A program made the translations under genes and the position numbers. Positions 49,541 through 62,124 of a stretch of 64,000 bases of DNA are shown in pieces (the first letter of the stretch is position 1; every line of letters begins with the position of its first letter). The notes beneath the pieces are model-generated. The model saw only the letters and a list, made by a program, of their open reading frames with translations, was not told the origin of the DNA and ran no database searches. The DNA comes from Blepharisma stoltei ATCC 30299 (lineage: Eukaryota; Protista; Ciliophora): the NCBI GenBank assembly GCA_965603825.1, contig CBFDEM010000040.1, forward strand, positions 310,001 through 374,000, read 5' to 3'.

Positions 49541-50017
49541 TTAAAGCCGTAGCAAAAGTGGAGCAGTCTCAGTCGGATCTGGATTCGACATTGCTTTTGG
49601 GAGAATTTCACATAGTTTTGGGAAGATATTGTTATGCATTTCTAGCATAAACCCGATGATTGGTTTTGGGTCTCTAACTCCTGGAAAAGCTTGGCTTGTT
49701 TTATATCGGAATTCTCCTGAATCATAATTCATTTCTATATTTCCAAAACTAATCAGCTCATTCGCTTTCGATATAAACATCAGGCTATATTTCTTTTGAT
49801 CCTCAGTCAACGCTCTTGTATTTCTGTTTTGTGAATAAATCGTCACTAAAGATCTTTTTGGCTCAATAGTGATTTTCCTTGTCAGCCCTTGAGCTCCCTG
49901 TGCGCCTGGAAGAAACAGATGAATATTGCAGCTCGTCTCTGATTCTCTTATTTCATGTGGCTGGCCTCCCACAACTTCAAGGCACTGATTTATCAACTCA
50001 TTCGTGAAGGTAGCCAT
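49541..50017 (-). CDS. YbjN-domain-like protein
   Basis: FISKANELISFGNIEMNYDSGEFRYKTS matches the bacterial YbjN-type pattern (N..L..GNFE.D..DGE.RY); 158 aa. Confidence 0.6.
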   Translation of the reverse strand: MATFTNELINQCLEVVGGQPHEIRESETSCNIHLFLPGAQGAQGLTRKITIEPKRSLVTIYSQNRNTRALTEDQKKYSLMFISKANELISFGNIEMNYDSGEFRYKTSQAFPGVRDPKPIIGFMLEMHNNIFPKLCEILPKAMSNPDPTETAPLLLRL

Positions 50018-50078
50018 TTATTATACGAATTCCTATAATTTTTTAAGACCTAGCCATAAGCTAATATTTATATCCAAA

Positions 50079-50621
50079 ATGCTGGATAAGCCAAAACCAA
50101 TTTTTATTGATAGATACGCTCTGCGAAAATTATCATCTATCAATGAAGAAAACTACACAGGTTCTCAAAGTGAAGGCTCATCTCCGCTTTTGGATGAAGA
50201 GATTGCTAAACGAAGGCGCAAGCTAAGTAAAACTTTGCCAGCTGAAGCAAATATAATAATCACAGAAGAATCCCCCATGGCGATTCAAGGGCTGAGCGAA
50301 TTAGAAGAAGATGAACAAAATTATGATAACCAGAGCGTTGGGTCAATTATGTCAATCGACAATTATGATAATGAGTCTTTTATTACTGATGCGGCAGATT
50401 TGGATGGGTATGACTATATTGAGTATTTCCAAGATAACCTGGATATTGAGATGGGAGAGATAAGAAGCCCTGTGAGGAAAAAGACAAGGTCAAGGACTGT
50501 AAAAGTTCAGATGGAAGGAAAACTTATTGAGGAAGAAAAAAAGACATACTGAATAGAGTACTCCTTGGGAGCAGCTTTGACAGCTTCAGCTGCACTGATT
50601 TTATTTATTTTTAATAAGTAA
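50079..50621 (+). CDS. Acidic, probably tail-anchored protein
   Basis: ATG at 50079; reading TGA at 50550 as Trp adds a hydrophobic tail WIEYSLGAALTASAALILFIFNK before TAA. Confidence 0.7.
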
Positions 50622-50696
50622 TTAATTGCTATAAATTTTACCAGAAATTAAGTAGAAAAATGCCATCTTATTAAGTAAAAGAAAATTATACCAGAG

Positions 50697-52325
50697 TTAT
50701 TTTTTAGCCTTTAAATTTATAGTAATCCTTTTCTTTGGAGGAGCTGATGGCTGAGTAACAGCCGGAGCAGCAAGCTCCATAACGACAGGCTCAGGGAGGC
50801 TTTCAGCAGAAACAATCCCTCTGAGTTCTGCGTCAAGCTTCATTCTTTTTTCTGGATCAATCGTGTCATCAAATGATCTGAATCTTTTTCTAGTAGAAAC
50901 ACCCGGCCTTGCTTTCAGTTCAGGCTCAATTTCTTCAGCTGTCAAATATTTAACCCTCAAGTTGGTATTTGTAACATTGTATCCCATTTCTCTTCTCATT
51001 TTGAAGATCACGTCTACAAACTTGAGGACTGGGAACTTCAAATCGACACTTCTGCTTGACTCTAAAACTGGCTGCTTAATGAACTTGAGCCCAGCATAAT
51101 AAGCAATAGTATATGGGAAAACAGAATCTGTAAACTCCACCTCATGAGTATAAACTCTTACATAAGGAGCTGGCTTTAAAATATCTAAATTTTCATATAG
51201 CAGCAGTTTTAGTTTACTTAAAATAAATCCATGCCAGTCTTCGAAATCAGTTGTAGTGGTGGCCAGGACTTCTATCTTTAAGAAGTGCCGAAATTCGTTG
51301 AAAAAATCAATTGGCTCAAAAATATCGGTCCAGGCTGCTCTTTTGGCTTCAACTTCAGTTAGGATTTTATTAGCCAGATGGAATTCATCACAGAGAGCTT
51401 TTTTTGTGTGTTTATTTACAGTATGAGTTGAGTTGAAAGAAGGATATGCAGGAGTCATTACATTAATAAGTCCTGGCTCTGAGCTGGAAACCTGCATTTG
51501 CTCAACTTGTCGTAAGAAAACAGCTTGATTCCAATCCCACATATCATATACGTAAAAAAATTTTCTTACAAGCTGGTTTGGCAAGTAATTAGGATACATC
51601 CTGCAGATTTTTGCAACTAGGATGCTCCATGCTGCTCCTCCTGGGAAACCTAGCACGTTAGAATAAATCGCTCTTCTCTTAGCCCATAATCTTACTGCTT
51701 TCAGTGTCAATCTAAAATTAGCTAGATTAGGTACTAATGAAAGTGTGGTATCTGTATTCCTTGGACCATTTAGACTTAGAGTTGTTTTTTCGTCACATCT
51801 TGCAATCACGCTATCATCCATCAGATTCCTCAAGTCGTCACCTATCCTATCAAATGACCCAAGGGTCGCGAACAGTAGATCTATAGGAACGTCATCAAAT
51901 ACCATCTTGATTAGTGGCACTTTTGTCTTAAACACACCCGTAATTTTCGAAACTGAAGGCTGCTTCTTGAGGACTTCATACATATCACGTTCGTATTCCT
52001 CACGAGTTATGTAACGAGGCGCGACACATAAAATATCAATATCAGTGCCAGGTCCGTGAACTCCTAGTCTATATGACCCAAAGGTGAAAATTTTTCCACC
52101 TGCAGCCATAGCCATTTCTTCGTTCATGCCAGGCTTCTTTAAAATGGTCTGATAGCACCAATCGCGAAAAATTTCACTGATTTTCCCAAGGACGACTAGT
52201 CTTCTTTTGCTTTCTTCTTCGCTCTCTGATTTATAGAGAGTTTGAATAACTTCAAGCAGCTGCTGGTTTAGTATTATATCATCTTGATTCGGGAAGCTTG
52301 GGTCGACAACATCGCTTTGATCCAT
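50697..52325 (-). CDS. PAP1: Canonical poly(A) polymerase
   Basis: FGSYRLGVHGPGTDID; LWAKRRAIYSNVLGFPGG; TPAYPSFNST. Confidence 0.96.
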   Translation of the reverse strand: MDQSDVVDPSFPNQDDIILNQQLLEVIQTLYKSESEEESKRRLVVLGKISEIFRDWCYQTILKKPGMNEEMAMAAGGKIFTFGSYRLGVHGPGTDIDILCVAPRYITREEYERDMYEVLKKQPSVSKITGVFKTKVPLIKMVFDDVPIDLLFATLGSFDRIGDDLRNLMDDSVIARCDEKTTLSLNGPRNTDTTLSLVPNLANFRLTLKAVRLWAKRRAIYSNVLGFPGGAAWSILVAKICRMYPNYLPNQLVRKFFYVYDMWDWNQAVFLRQVEQMQVSSSEPGLINVMTPAYPSFNSTHTVNKHTKKALCDEFHLANKILTEVEAKRAAWTDIFEPIDFFNEFRHFLKIEVLATTTTDFEDWHGFILSKLKLLLYENLDILKPAPYVRVYTHEVEFTDSVFPYTIAYYAGLKFIKQPVLESSRSVDLKFPVLKFVDVIFKMRREMGYNVTNTNLRVKYLTAEEIEPELKARPGVSTRKRFRSFDDTIDPEKRMKLDAELRGIVSAESLPEPVVMELAAPAVTQPSAPPKKRITINLKAKK

Positions 52326-52397
52326 TTTATAAGAGATAATTAAAAGTGCTATTTACTATAAGAAAACATTGATGTAATTATTAGCAAAATTGGGAAA

Positions 52398-54563
52398 TTA
52401 TCCGGATTTCCTGAGTTTTATAAGCGGAGTGCGATCACAAGAGTTGGCGATTTTTTCTATCATTTTTCCATATTTATCCATATCAATTTTCATTTTGCTC
52501 ATATCTTTTCCGAGCTTATCCAATTTGCTGTTTATTTGTTTCCCGCTTATATCATCTTCTTCTTCATCTTCATATGGATCATCTGTTCAGGCTCTTTTTC
52601 TCATAAAAATTTCTTTTTCAATATCTGGCAAAGATCCTTGTTGAATCTTCGCTGTTGTGTGCGAAACAATTGTACCTTGAAGGTTTCTGGCTTTTGGTCT
52701 TTCATTAACTCCAACTAGTTTCATAACGCTTTTTAAGGCCTCGCTGCATTTAGTAACTTTGATCTCAGCATACTCCTTTAAATACCGATATGTATTAGGA
52801 TAAGTTTCGATCATATATGAATACAGATTATGGTTCATTGTCAGCATAAAGGTATTGGTCTCAGCCATCACTGAATGAATTCTCTTGCAGTTTTTTATAA
52901 ATTCTATATCTCCAAAGTAAGACCCAGTAATGATGTATTTATATACAAAATTGTCTTGGCCATGCACATAACTTGCTCTCCCTTCAGCTATGAAATAAAT
53001 TTCTTCAGGATGGTCACCCTTTCGATAGATAAAGTTATTTTCTTCTACAGTGAAGGTATTGAGTTTTGGGACGATATCACACAAAAAAGTTATACTTTGA
53101 TCTCGAAAAAAAGGGATTTTTTGGCAAGCGTGATTATTCATTTCTATTGCGATTCTATATTTATACTTTATAGGGAGTTTTTTTATAACTTCAAGTCTTC
53201 CTTCATCATTGTCTTCATATTTCTTTTCAACTTTCCTAATGACTTTTTTTAGTTTTTTACACAATTCTTTTGAAAGCATAAACTTTCTTGAAAAATCTTC
53301 TATTTTCCCAATTTTTTCATTTAAAGCAGACCTCTCTACATCATAAGATACAATAATAGAACTTAAGGTTCCAATAAAAAAGGAATAAAAACCGATTCCA
53401 AAGAGCATCCATCCAATAACCAAAATCTGTTCAGTATTTGTAGAAGCTGTAATATCTCCAAATCCAACAGTTGTCAATATTGTAAATGCGAAATATAAAG
53501 ATTTCAAATATAACTCAGCCTTGGTTAAATCTGCTCATCCATATCTTAAAACCCATGTATCATATGCGAAATTTTCTAGCTTAGCTGTCCAGTACCACAT
53601 GCATGCGAAAAAATGAGCCATTATGAGAATTATGCATATCACTACTATCAGCCTAACAAAGGCTTTTTTCTGCTTTAAAAACCTATTAAAATCAGTCAAA
53701 ATCTCTGAGCTCTGAACATTTTCGAATATTTTTGACAATTTTGTAGCTCTGAAAATCCTTGAAACTTTAATAATCCTTACAACTCTTATAAGTGAGTTCG
53801 ATCTATTTCTCCCCCCAGATGTTGCAAGAATGAATGGCATTACCGTGACCACATCAATTATCATAAGCCCTGTGAAATAATTTCAAAATATTTTGAAACG
53901 ATTTGTGATCAAAAATTGGTTTTTTTCGAAATATGCTGTATTTAAGGTTACAAGAATGTCAATCGAAAACAGCACATCAACAGAAGTTTCAAGATAATAA
54001 AGATTATCACCTACTTCGACATCCTGAAAAGCCATTATTCAAGGCATAGCTGTGAACACATAAAAAAGTAATACCAGCATGACGACATTTCAATATTGTT
54101 TGCATCTACTGTCTGGATGGAAAAGTAGACCTAAATTTGTCAGTTTTTTTTTATCTTTATGAAAATAATGAGTCCTAATTTTATCAACAACAATTCATGT
54201 AAAAGTGGTATTTTTTCTTTTTCTTAAAGTGCAGAGATTTGGAGAAGTTCCAAAATCCTGAATTTCTCTATACAGCTTACTAAACATCAAAAATCCTTTC
54301 ATTCTTTTGAAGGCATCTTGAAAAATTTCATAAATTTCTTGTTTAGATAATTTTCGATCTGTAGGACAAGTAGGAGATGCTAAACCAAGTCCAAATAAAA
54401 TACCTTCATCATTATCAGAATTCAATGAGTTAACATGTCCAAGCGTCTTTGCCTTACTGTTTATAATTTGGTTATGCTGCCCAGGCAAACTATTGAAGTT
54501 AACCACTTCCCCATATTCGTCTTGTGGTAATTGATATGAGCTTGCGTCTGAAATTTTAAACAT
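52398..54563 (-). CDS. Cyclic-nucleotide-binding-domain K+ channel (EAG/KCNH-like)
   Basis: Same-frame fragments joined by TGA; S4 RVVRIIKVSRIFR; pore TTVGFGD; CNBD GSYFGD; TAA at 52398-52400. Confidence 0.93.
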
Positions 54564-55188
54564 TTTAAATTATTTAAAAAAATTTAAGCAGCATAAACCT
54601 GAACTTAATGCATTTTGAGCATAAAATGGTATGGCTTATTAGAGCAAATTTTATTTACTTTTAGAGTAGATGTCTATAGCAATTAGCCAACTTTTTTCTT
54701 ATATAGAGTTTCTCTATTTGATTAATTACTTCGTTTAACATAAATAATTGATCCTTGAAATAATTTGAATCTATAAACATATATAAGATATAAGTAGTCA
54801 AAGAGCTTTTCCAGAATTTAAAGGATAAAAAATATTAGGAAAATGCCAATAGTCAATCAGAAACTAGCTATGCTATTCTAAAAGGCATTTTTGAATTAAA
54901 ATTAAAAATTATCATTTAAACAAATGCTTTTGAAGTATATCTATAGCCAAATATTTACAGTTTATATCTAATTCAACGGCCAATATAAGTTTTAAAATGG
55001 GATCAGCCATCTTTTGTATTGAGTTTTTTTATAAAAGAGCGAAAAATGATGAAGTCTCATTGATTAATATAAGTCAATCGAGGTATCATGCATATATGAA
55101 TTATATTTCTGCATAGGCATTTTTAAAATATATGAAATCAAATAACTTTGCACCACAAAGCTTATTAATGTATAAAGAATATCATTAC

Positions 55189-56181
55189 TTACTTAGTTTC
55201 TTCTTGGAACTGTACATTATCATTTGATTGAAGTGAATCCTCATCGAGCTGCATGTCAATCGATAAAGAAGGATTACCTGATGGATCTTCCTTATATCCA
55301 ATCGTAGTTATATCTTTTAAGATATTCGGTAGAATTTTATGCATCGGCATAATTTCCATACTGTCTCGGTTATCAATTAAATATGGCTCATAGTACTCTT
55401 TTATGGAGTCAATCGGTAGCTTCTCTGGAGCAGTCCGCTGATTTTTCTATATATTTTTTACTTTCGCTTTACTTTCTCTAATGATTAAAATATATTGATA
55501 GGTTGATCATCCTTTGTAATTCAAATAAATATGCATTAAGATTAAATAGGTGTTTGAAATGAATAAACCTAATGCAATTAAGCAAAAAAAGCATATCACA
55601 GTCATATAGCCATAAATTTCTGAATCATTCATATCATAATTATCTAATATATTTTCATATTCCTCTCATTTTTTGTTTATCCCTGCCATAATATATACCG
55701 ATCCCAGAATTTGATCAACCAGAAAAAACTCCAAAGAAAGTATAAGGAAAATAAAATATTTATAATTTTTTTTGCCAACGCAATTATTTAATCATTTACA
55801 ATGATGATCAAACCCATCAACACACCGATCGCAGTAGCCGCAGTGCTTTGCATTATCATGGACATATGATTTGCATATTCGGCAAATTTTGGTGAGTCCA
55901 GAAATTTTATATGATGATCTATATTAATGATACGTGCCATTCTTAGCATTTCGTTCAGCTTCTATTGCTAAATCAGTAGGATCAATAATAGTGCATATAA
56001 TCATAAATAAGATTGTGAAAACTGAAAAAATTGAGTATGATAGTCCAAATACAATTTTGGAGCTTGATATCAGAGGAGGAATTATAAGGAGATAAAAGGT
56101 TAACGCAAGTAAACTCCCTATTACTCATGAGAGCACTTGCAAAATATGTAGTGGTCTTTTAAACCCATTTGTTCTAGCCAT
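55189..56181 (-). CDS. DHHC palmitoyltransferase, ZDHHC1/11-like (introns 55919-55933, 55447-55461)
   Basis: Absent from the ORF track; [45 protein letters not shown]. Confidence 0.9.
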
Positions 56182-56295
56182 CGTTTATTATTAGAATCTT
56201 GAAAATATTCTTGTTTAATATTTCAAGAGCACTTATTTGTTTTTAAGTTATGCTAAATATAGATTAGAATAACAATTAAATATATTTTTTGAAAA

Positions 56296-57387
56296 ATGAA
56301 AACCCATACAGCAAAGAAGACGAAGTCTCCTAAGAAAAAAACAAAAATTTCCGCCAAAGAGAAAAAGCTTATTGAAAAGCAAGCTAAAGCAAAAGAGAGG
56401 GCGGAAAAAAAAGCTAAAAAACTTGAGCAAAAATTGAAGAAGGCTTCAAAGAAAACCCCTAAAACAGCTAAAAAGGTTGAGATTATTAAAGCTCCACAAG
56501 TAAAATTCGCTCGAATCTCAGAAATTAATGAAGAAACAAAAGAAAAATCCAAAGAATACTGTCTTCCGAAATGGGAAAACGAGGTCATGTCTTCAAGGAA
56601 GCAATTTTATAACTCCTTTACAGGCTTTGTCATAAATTTTTTACGAATTAATGGTCCAACCGATGTCCAAGATATTTGTTTAGCAATTGATGAAGTCTAT
56701 CCTAAGCTGCGAAGCTTAAGAGGAGAGCGATATAAAGGAAATGATATGATTAAAGCAATAAGGGCTCTTGCTGGCTTTAAAGTATGTAAAGTTGAAGATG
56801 ATATATGGTCATTGAGAGTATATTTTATATAGGAACCTCAAGCAACCCAATACGAATGCAGAAAAATCGCTATTTTAGAACATAGAAGATATTTAATGAG
56901 GACAAATGCACTGATGAGGCCTGATATGTACTCGAAAATTCTTAAAAAAATGCAGCAAATTGAATCATATAGAAGGGAGATTGCTAGCGACCATATTTTC
57001 AAAGGGATCTTTGAAAAGCCTTTTCATGTAAGAAATACATAGACACTGAGAGGGAATGAATCAATGCCTGAAGCGATAAGAAAAATTGGCCATGAGCGCT
57101 TTATTGGCTTTGTCCAAGGATATGTCCTAACTGAAGTATACTGTAAAAATTATGTAGACGACCAATTAAAAAAAATGAAATGGAGAAGACAGGCGATTGA
57201 TGACAGAATGGAAGTTCTTTTGCAAAATATTTTGCAAAGATTGAACAGCATTGAAGCGAATGTGGAACTTCCAACTGAGAGAATGAGAAGAGAATACAAA
57301 TCTTTCAAGCTTGATTTGATGGAAGAAGGTGTTATAGTGGTGAAAGCAGGCACTGAGAAACCGTCGGAAGGGGGAGAGGATGATTAA
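56296..57387 (+). CDS. Hypothetical protein: Lys-rich N-terminus plus possible winged helix (introns 56818-56832, 57028-57042)
   Basis: Two 15-nt introns join the ORFs at 56296 and 57064 in one frame. Confidence 0.8.
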
Positions 57388-57416
57388 TATTTTAGCAATA
57401 TTTTTCTTAAAAATTA

Positions 57417-58061
<645 letters not shown>

Positions 58062-58478
58062 TTATTTCAAGTATTTATTATAGCAAGTTCTTATTTTTGT
58101 GCCAGTATTTAATTCAGTGCAGATTTTCACTTGAAATTTTATTCCAAAAATAATGCTTTAATGTCAGTATTTTGTTCAGTCCATAATGGCGTTTCATGAT
58201 GATCATTAAAATAAAATCTTTAAATCTTAGCATCATTCTATTGAGACATGATCTTTATGATAGAATTTAAAGACATCTCGCTAATTCTAACAATAGCAAT
58301 TTATATATTATTTATAGTTCACGAATGATTATTTATAATTGAAAGAACAAAAATTCTAGAGAGATTAATATCAAAATGAGAGTTATTGTCTTCTATTACA
58401 AAAACTGCTTATGATTCATTTCTAAATACCAATTTATCTTTTTTGAATTTAAACCCAACACTTATTTCATAATTGAAT

Positions 58479-60008
58479 ATGGGAAGAAGGCAAGAGTTAG
58501 ACGTATCAAATTGACAATTTAATATAGAAAATGAAAAATACAATAGTCAGCCTAAAGGCTATCTAACAGCTTTGTAAATTTTATATAGTGATTCAGCTCA
58601 TGACCAAGAAACCCCAAAAAGAGCGTTTGAGAAGGATGATAGTGATTCTTCACAAGAAAATTTTACATCAAGACCTTCATCAACATCTTCTTATTTTAGA
58701 GAAAGTTTTAGCACTTTTTCTGGAGCTCCCAGCCGCAGAATTTCATTAAAGCCAAATTTTAAAGAAAACAACACTGAAAATCAGCCTGCTGAAATTCAAA
58801 AAGAATATGATTCTATAGATAAAGTTACAAATGAAGCTGGCAGTGAAGTAAAGAAGCCAGTTATTTTATATTCGCAGAAGCAAAATATTTTAGCAAATAG
58901 ACAGACAAGAGAAAGTGAGGCAGCAGAGGAAAGATATATGCAGAAAAGGAGAGCTGATTTGAGTGAATTTGAGCGGTCAATAGTAGAAAGAGCTAAAGTT
59001 GTAGAACTTCCTTTTAATGAAACCATTAAAAATCTTGAATTTAGTAGCCAAGAAGAGGAGATCTCTCAATTAATCATACAAAGGCATGCAAGAGATAGCA
59101 TCGCTTCAGTTTTTAATGATATGAGTTTTGATACATCTGACGAGGAGCTTGTGTATCAAACCAAGCTAAATACTTTACAAAATAGCATTATTGAGCAAAT
59201 TCCTTTCGGGGATATTACAAATCAATCAGATATTTCAATTGGGTCGCCCCTATCTATTGATACTATTCCAAATGATAACACTTTAGACAGCACTGAAGAC
59301 GAAGAGTTTCTATATAATCCTGCCCTTATGAATATTCCCTCAGCGCCTTCTATACTTAAAAATCCTTCCAAAAAAACTCCCCATACAAATGAAAAATTTG
59401 GCTTGAAAAGAAAATATGTTGCCCCTTCTCAAGATAATGAAAATCGAAGGTATCCAATAAGAAATAGAATCAAGCCAGTTCAACACTGGAGAAATGAAAG
59501 GATTGTTTACGATGAATCAAATATAATTCTTGGAGTTGACGTTAAAGACGAAGGCTACTTAACTAAAAGTGATGAAAAAATATATAACAGAGAACCTAAG
59601 AGACCTAAATTGAGAGAAAAAGAAGTTCAACAAGAATGCCAGTTTCCGATTTATGATCCAAAAACGAATAAAGAAGTACTTGAAAAGGTGATATATCCAA
59701 AATCAAGTTGGGTGTGTGATGAAGAAGCTAAAGGAAAAATCGTAATTGTAGGAGAAGATGACAGAATTAAATTAATTGTGGTCAGTCTGAAGCCAGATGA
59801 GACTATTGATCTTGGCATAATAAACTCAAGAGCAATGGGAATTATTATGATGTCTGGCTGTTTCGCTACACAAGTTACTATCCATGAATCAGTTCTTAAA
59901 CTATCCCAATGGGATGCATTTTCTGTACCTCCCAAAAACAAATTAACTATCACAAATACGTCTCAAAAATGCTCTACAAAGGTTCATTTACAAATCGAAA
60001 AAATATAA
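58479..60008 (+). CDS. CENPC: CENP-C/Mif2-like inner kinetochore protein (intron 58574-58588)
   Basis: Long low-complexity N-terminus; CENP-C motif RRYPIRNRIKPVQHWRNERIVY (59445-59510); C-terminal cupin-like domain (LSQWDAFSVPPKNKLTITN). Confidence 0.8.
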
Positions 60009-60115
60009 TGTGTACTTAATAGCTAAATTTAACCATTCTAAAATGCTAATTTGTATCTAATATCATTCGTGAGCTATTTTAAACTGTGAAAGCCCATTTT
60101 TATTATAACAAATTA

Positions 60116-61408
60116 ATGAAGTATTCAAAAGCAGGAATTCTAAAGAAAAAAGTCAGCGCGGGTAGTGACGTTTTGGAAGAAGAAGCCAAACTCATGGAAG
60201 CCAAGCTTGCCCAGTTAAGAGATTTTATGAAAAACGAAAAAACAAAGCGAGAGCAGGCTCCCAAACAAAAAGAAGGCACAAGATGGAGATCTGGCACGCA
60301 AAATAAACCTAATACAAATTACGCAGATTTAGTGCTTAGCTATAAGCCTAAGCCTCCAAGCAGTCAAAGCGCTAAGAGGCCAGAAAAAACTGACAAATTC
60401 ATCCCTACAAGCGCGTTAATTGAGGATTCTTCTCCTAAGATAGAAGAAACATCTAAAGCAAACCCTATTATGGATTTCTTGATATCATGTGGAATGGAAA
60501 AATATTATAATTTATTAATAGAAAACGGGATTGATGAGCTTGAAATATTGCTTGAGCTGACAGAAGACCATCTAAATAATTTAAACATCCCTTTAGGCCA
60601 CAGATTAAAACTGCTGAAAAAAATCAGAGAAAATAAAAACCAGTCAAGCCAGTCAGAAAGAACATTAGAAGCCCTTCCATACCCTCAGCAAGTGGAACTA
60701 CCACACCCAAGCACTTCAGAAGGGACAAGAGATGCAGCTATTGGAGATTCATTATTAGAAACTAATGGAGATTTTAATGAATTAGAGTCAGCGGCAATGT
60801 TCAGGGAAGCGCTTGACAATTTCAGAAAAGGAGGAAGAATGACTCAGCATGATCCTAATCAAAGAGACGAATCCCAAGAGCTTAAAAAGGTAAGGTTCGT
60901 TGATCCTGTAACTCCTGACATGCTACCGAAAGAAGGCTCAAAGTTATTTTACGACGGCGCATGGCAACCTGAACAATCAGCAATTCCTGAAAAGGCTGAC
61001 GAAGGAATAGGTTCCAATAAGCCAATTATAATAGAAAAAAAGTCATGCTGAAGCTGCTATAAAATTTTTTCTAAAGTAGATGGGGTTTTAAATGATGGGA
61101 AAGAATTTTGTAGTAAAGAATGCTCAAGTAAGCATGTGGTGTCAAAAGTAACAACTTGCAAATGCGGGCGAACATTTTTAAAAACAAATGGCATTTTTAA
61201 TAAAGGATTTTGGTTTTGCAAAGAGAAATGCGTAGAAGAAGATGAAGAAAAGCGAGAAAAAGAGCAAGCAATGATAAAAGCTACCAACGAAAAACGCCAC
61301 AATCAAGGAGGAAGTGTCACAAATAGCACGGAGTCTGAAGATTTCGTTGTAATTGATCCAATAACAGGAGATCCTATCAGCGAACATGCAGAATCCTCCC
61401 AGGCGTAA
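60116..61408 (+). CDS. SAM-domain protein with two C-terminal TRASH/FCS-like zinc fingers
   Basis: SAM FLISCGMEKY...IPLGHRLKLL; with TGA=Trp: CWSC..FCSKEC and CKC..FCKEKC. Confidence 0.8.
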
Positions 61409-61489
61409 ATTTCTTTGAAATAAAATTAAAATTGTGTGTTGCCTTTGCTAGGTAAGAAAATCTTTTAAAACCACTAATCATTATTAGAA

Positions 61490-62035
61490 ATGGTGCTAAT
61501 CTCTGAAGTCTATAGGTACCTCTTATCCCCAGTTGAAAAGACCTTAAAAACATGGGAAGGAAAACAAGGCATGAAAGGAAAACTCGGCAGATGGTTCAGA
61601 ATAGGCAGAGTCCCATTACCAATTATTGAAAGCTGGGGGAGAGTCTTCAATACTTTGTACATGATGATTTATACAATGACTCAACGTCCATGGGGTCCTC
61701 TCTACAAAAGGCTATTTGAAATGGACATGCACCCAGGTAAATTCTACTACATCTTTGCAAGACACCGTTTAATCCTCTTTTTCTGGTTCGGTCACAGCTT
61801 CATTTATGACTACAACATGATGTCTTCGATGAAAAACAACTCTGATCACTTGGCTTATTTCAATGCCAAATATTCAAGAAAATTCCCTAGAAATACACTC
61901 AATTGGAGAACATCTGCTCACTACTTGGAAATTAGCCGCATTTACACGGTAGAAATGATCAAGAAGTTAGCTGTCATTGAGCAAGAGTTGGCAGAAGAGC
62001 ATAGAAGACAGAAAGCCATTGCTCTGATTAACTAA
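61490..62035 (+). CDS. Ciliate mitochondrial ATP synthase subunit i/j-like
   Basis: GKLGRWFRIG and PRNTLNWRTSAHYLEISRIYTVEM resemble Tetrahymena subunit i/j as I recall it. Confidence 0.7.
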   Translation: MVLISEVYRYLLSPVEKTLKTWEGKQGMKGKLGRWFRIGRVPLPIIESWGRVFNTLYMMIYTMTQRPWGPLYKRLFEMDMHPGKFYYIFARHRLILFFWFGHSFIYDYNMMSSMKNNSDHLAYFNAKYSRKFPRNTLNWRTSAHYLEISRIYTVEMIKKLAVIEQELAEEHRRQKAIALIN

Positions 62036-62124
62036 GAGTTAGTTTCTAGAAATAAATCGCATTTATATGCTAAAAGCTAAAAATGGGCTTTTAGGAAAAT
62101 TAAATTTTATAATCAACGTAATGT

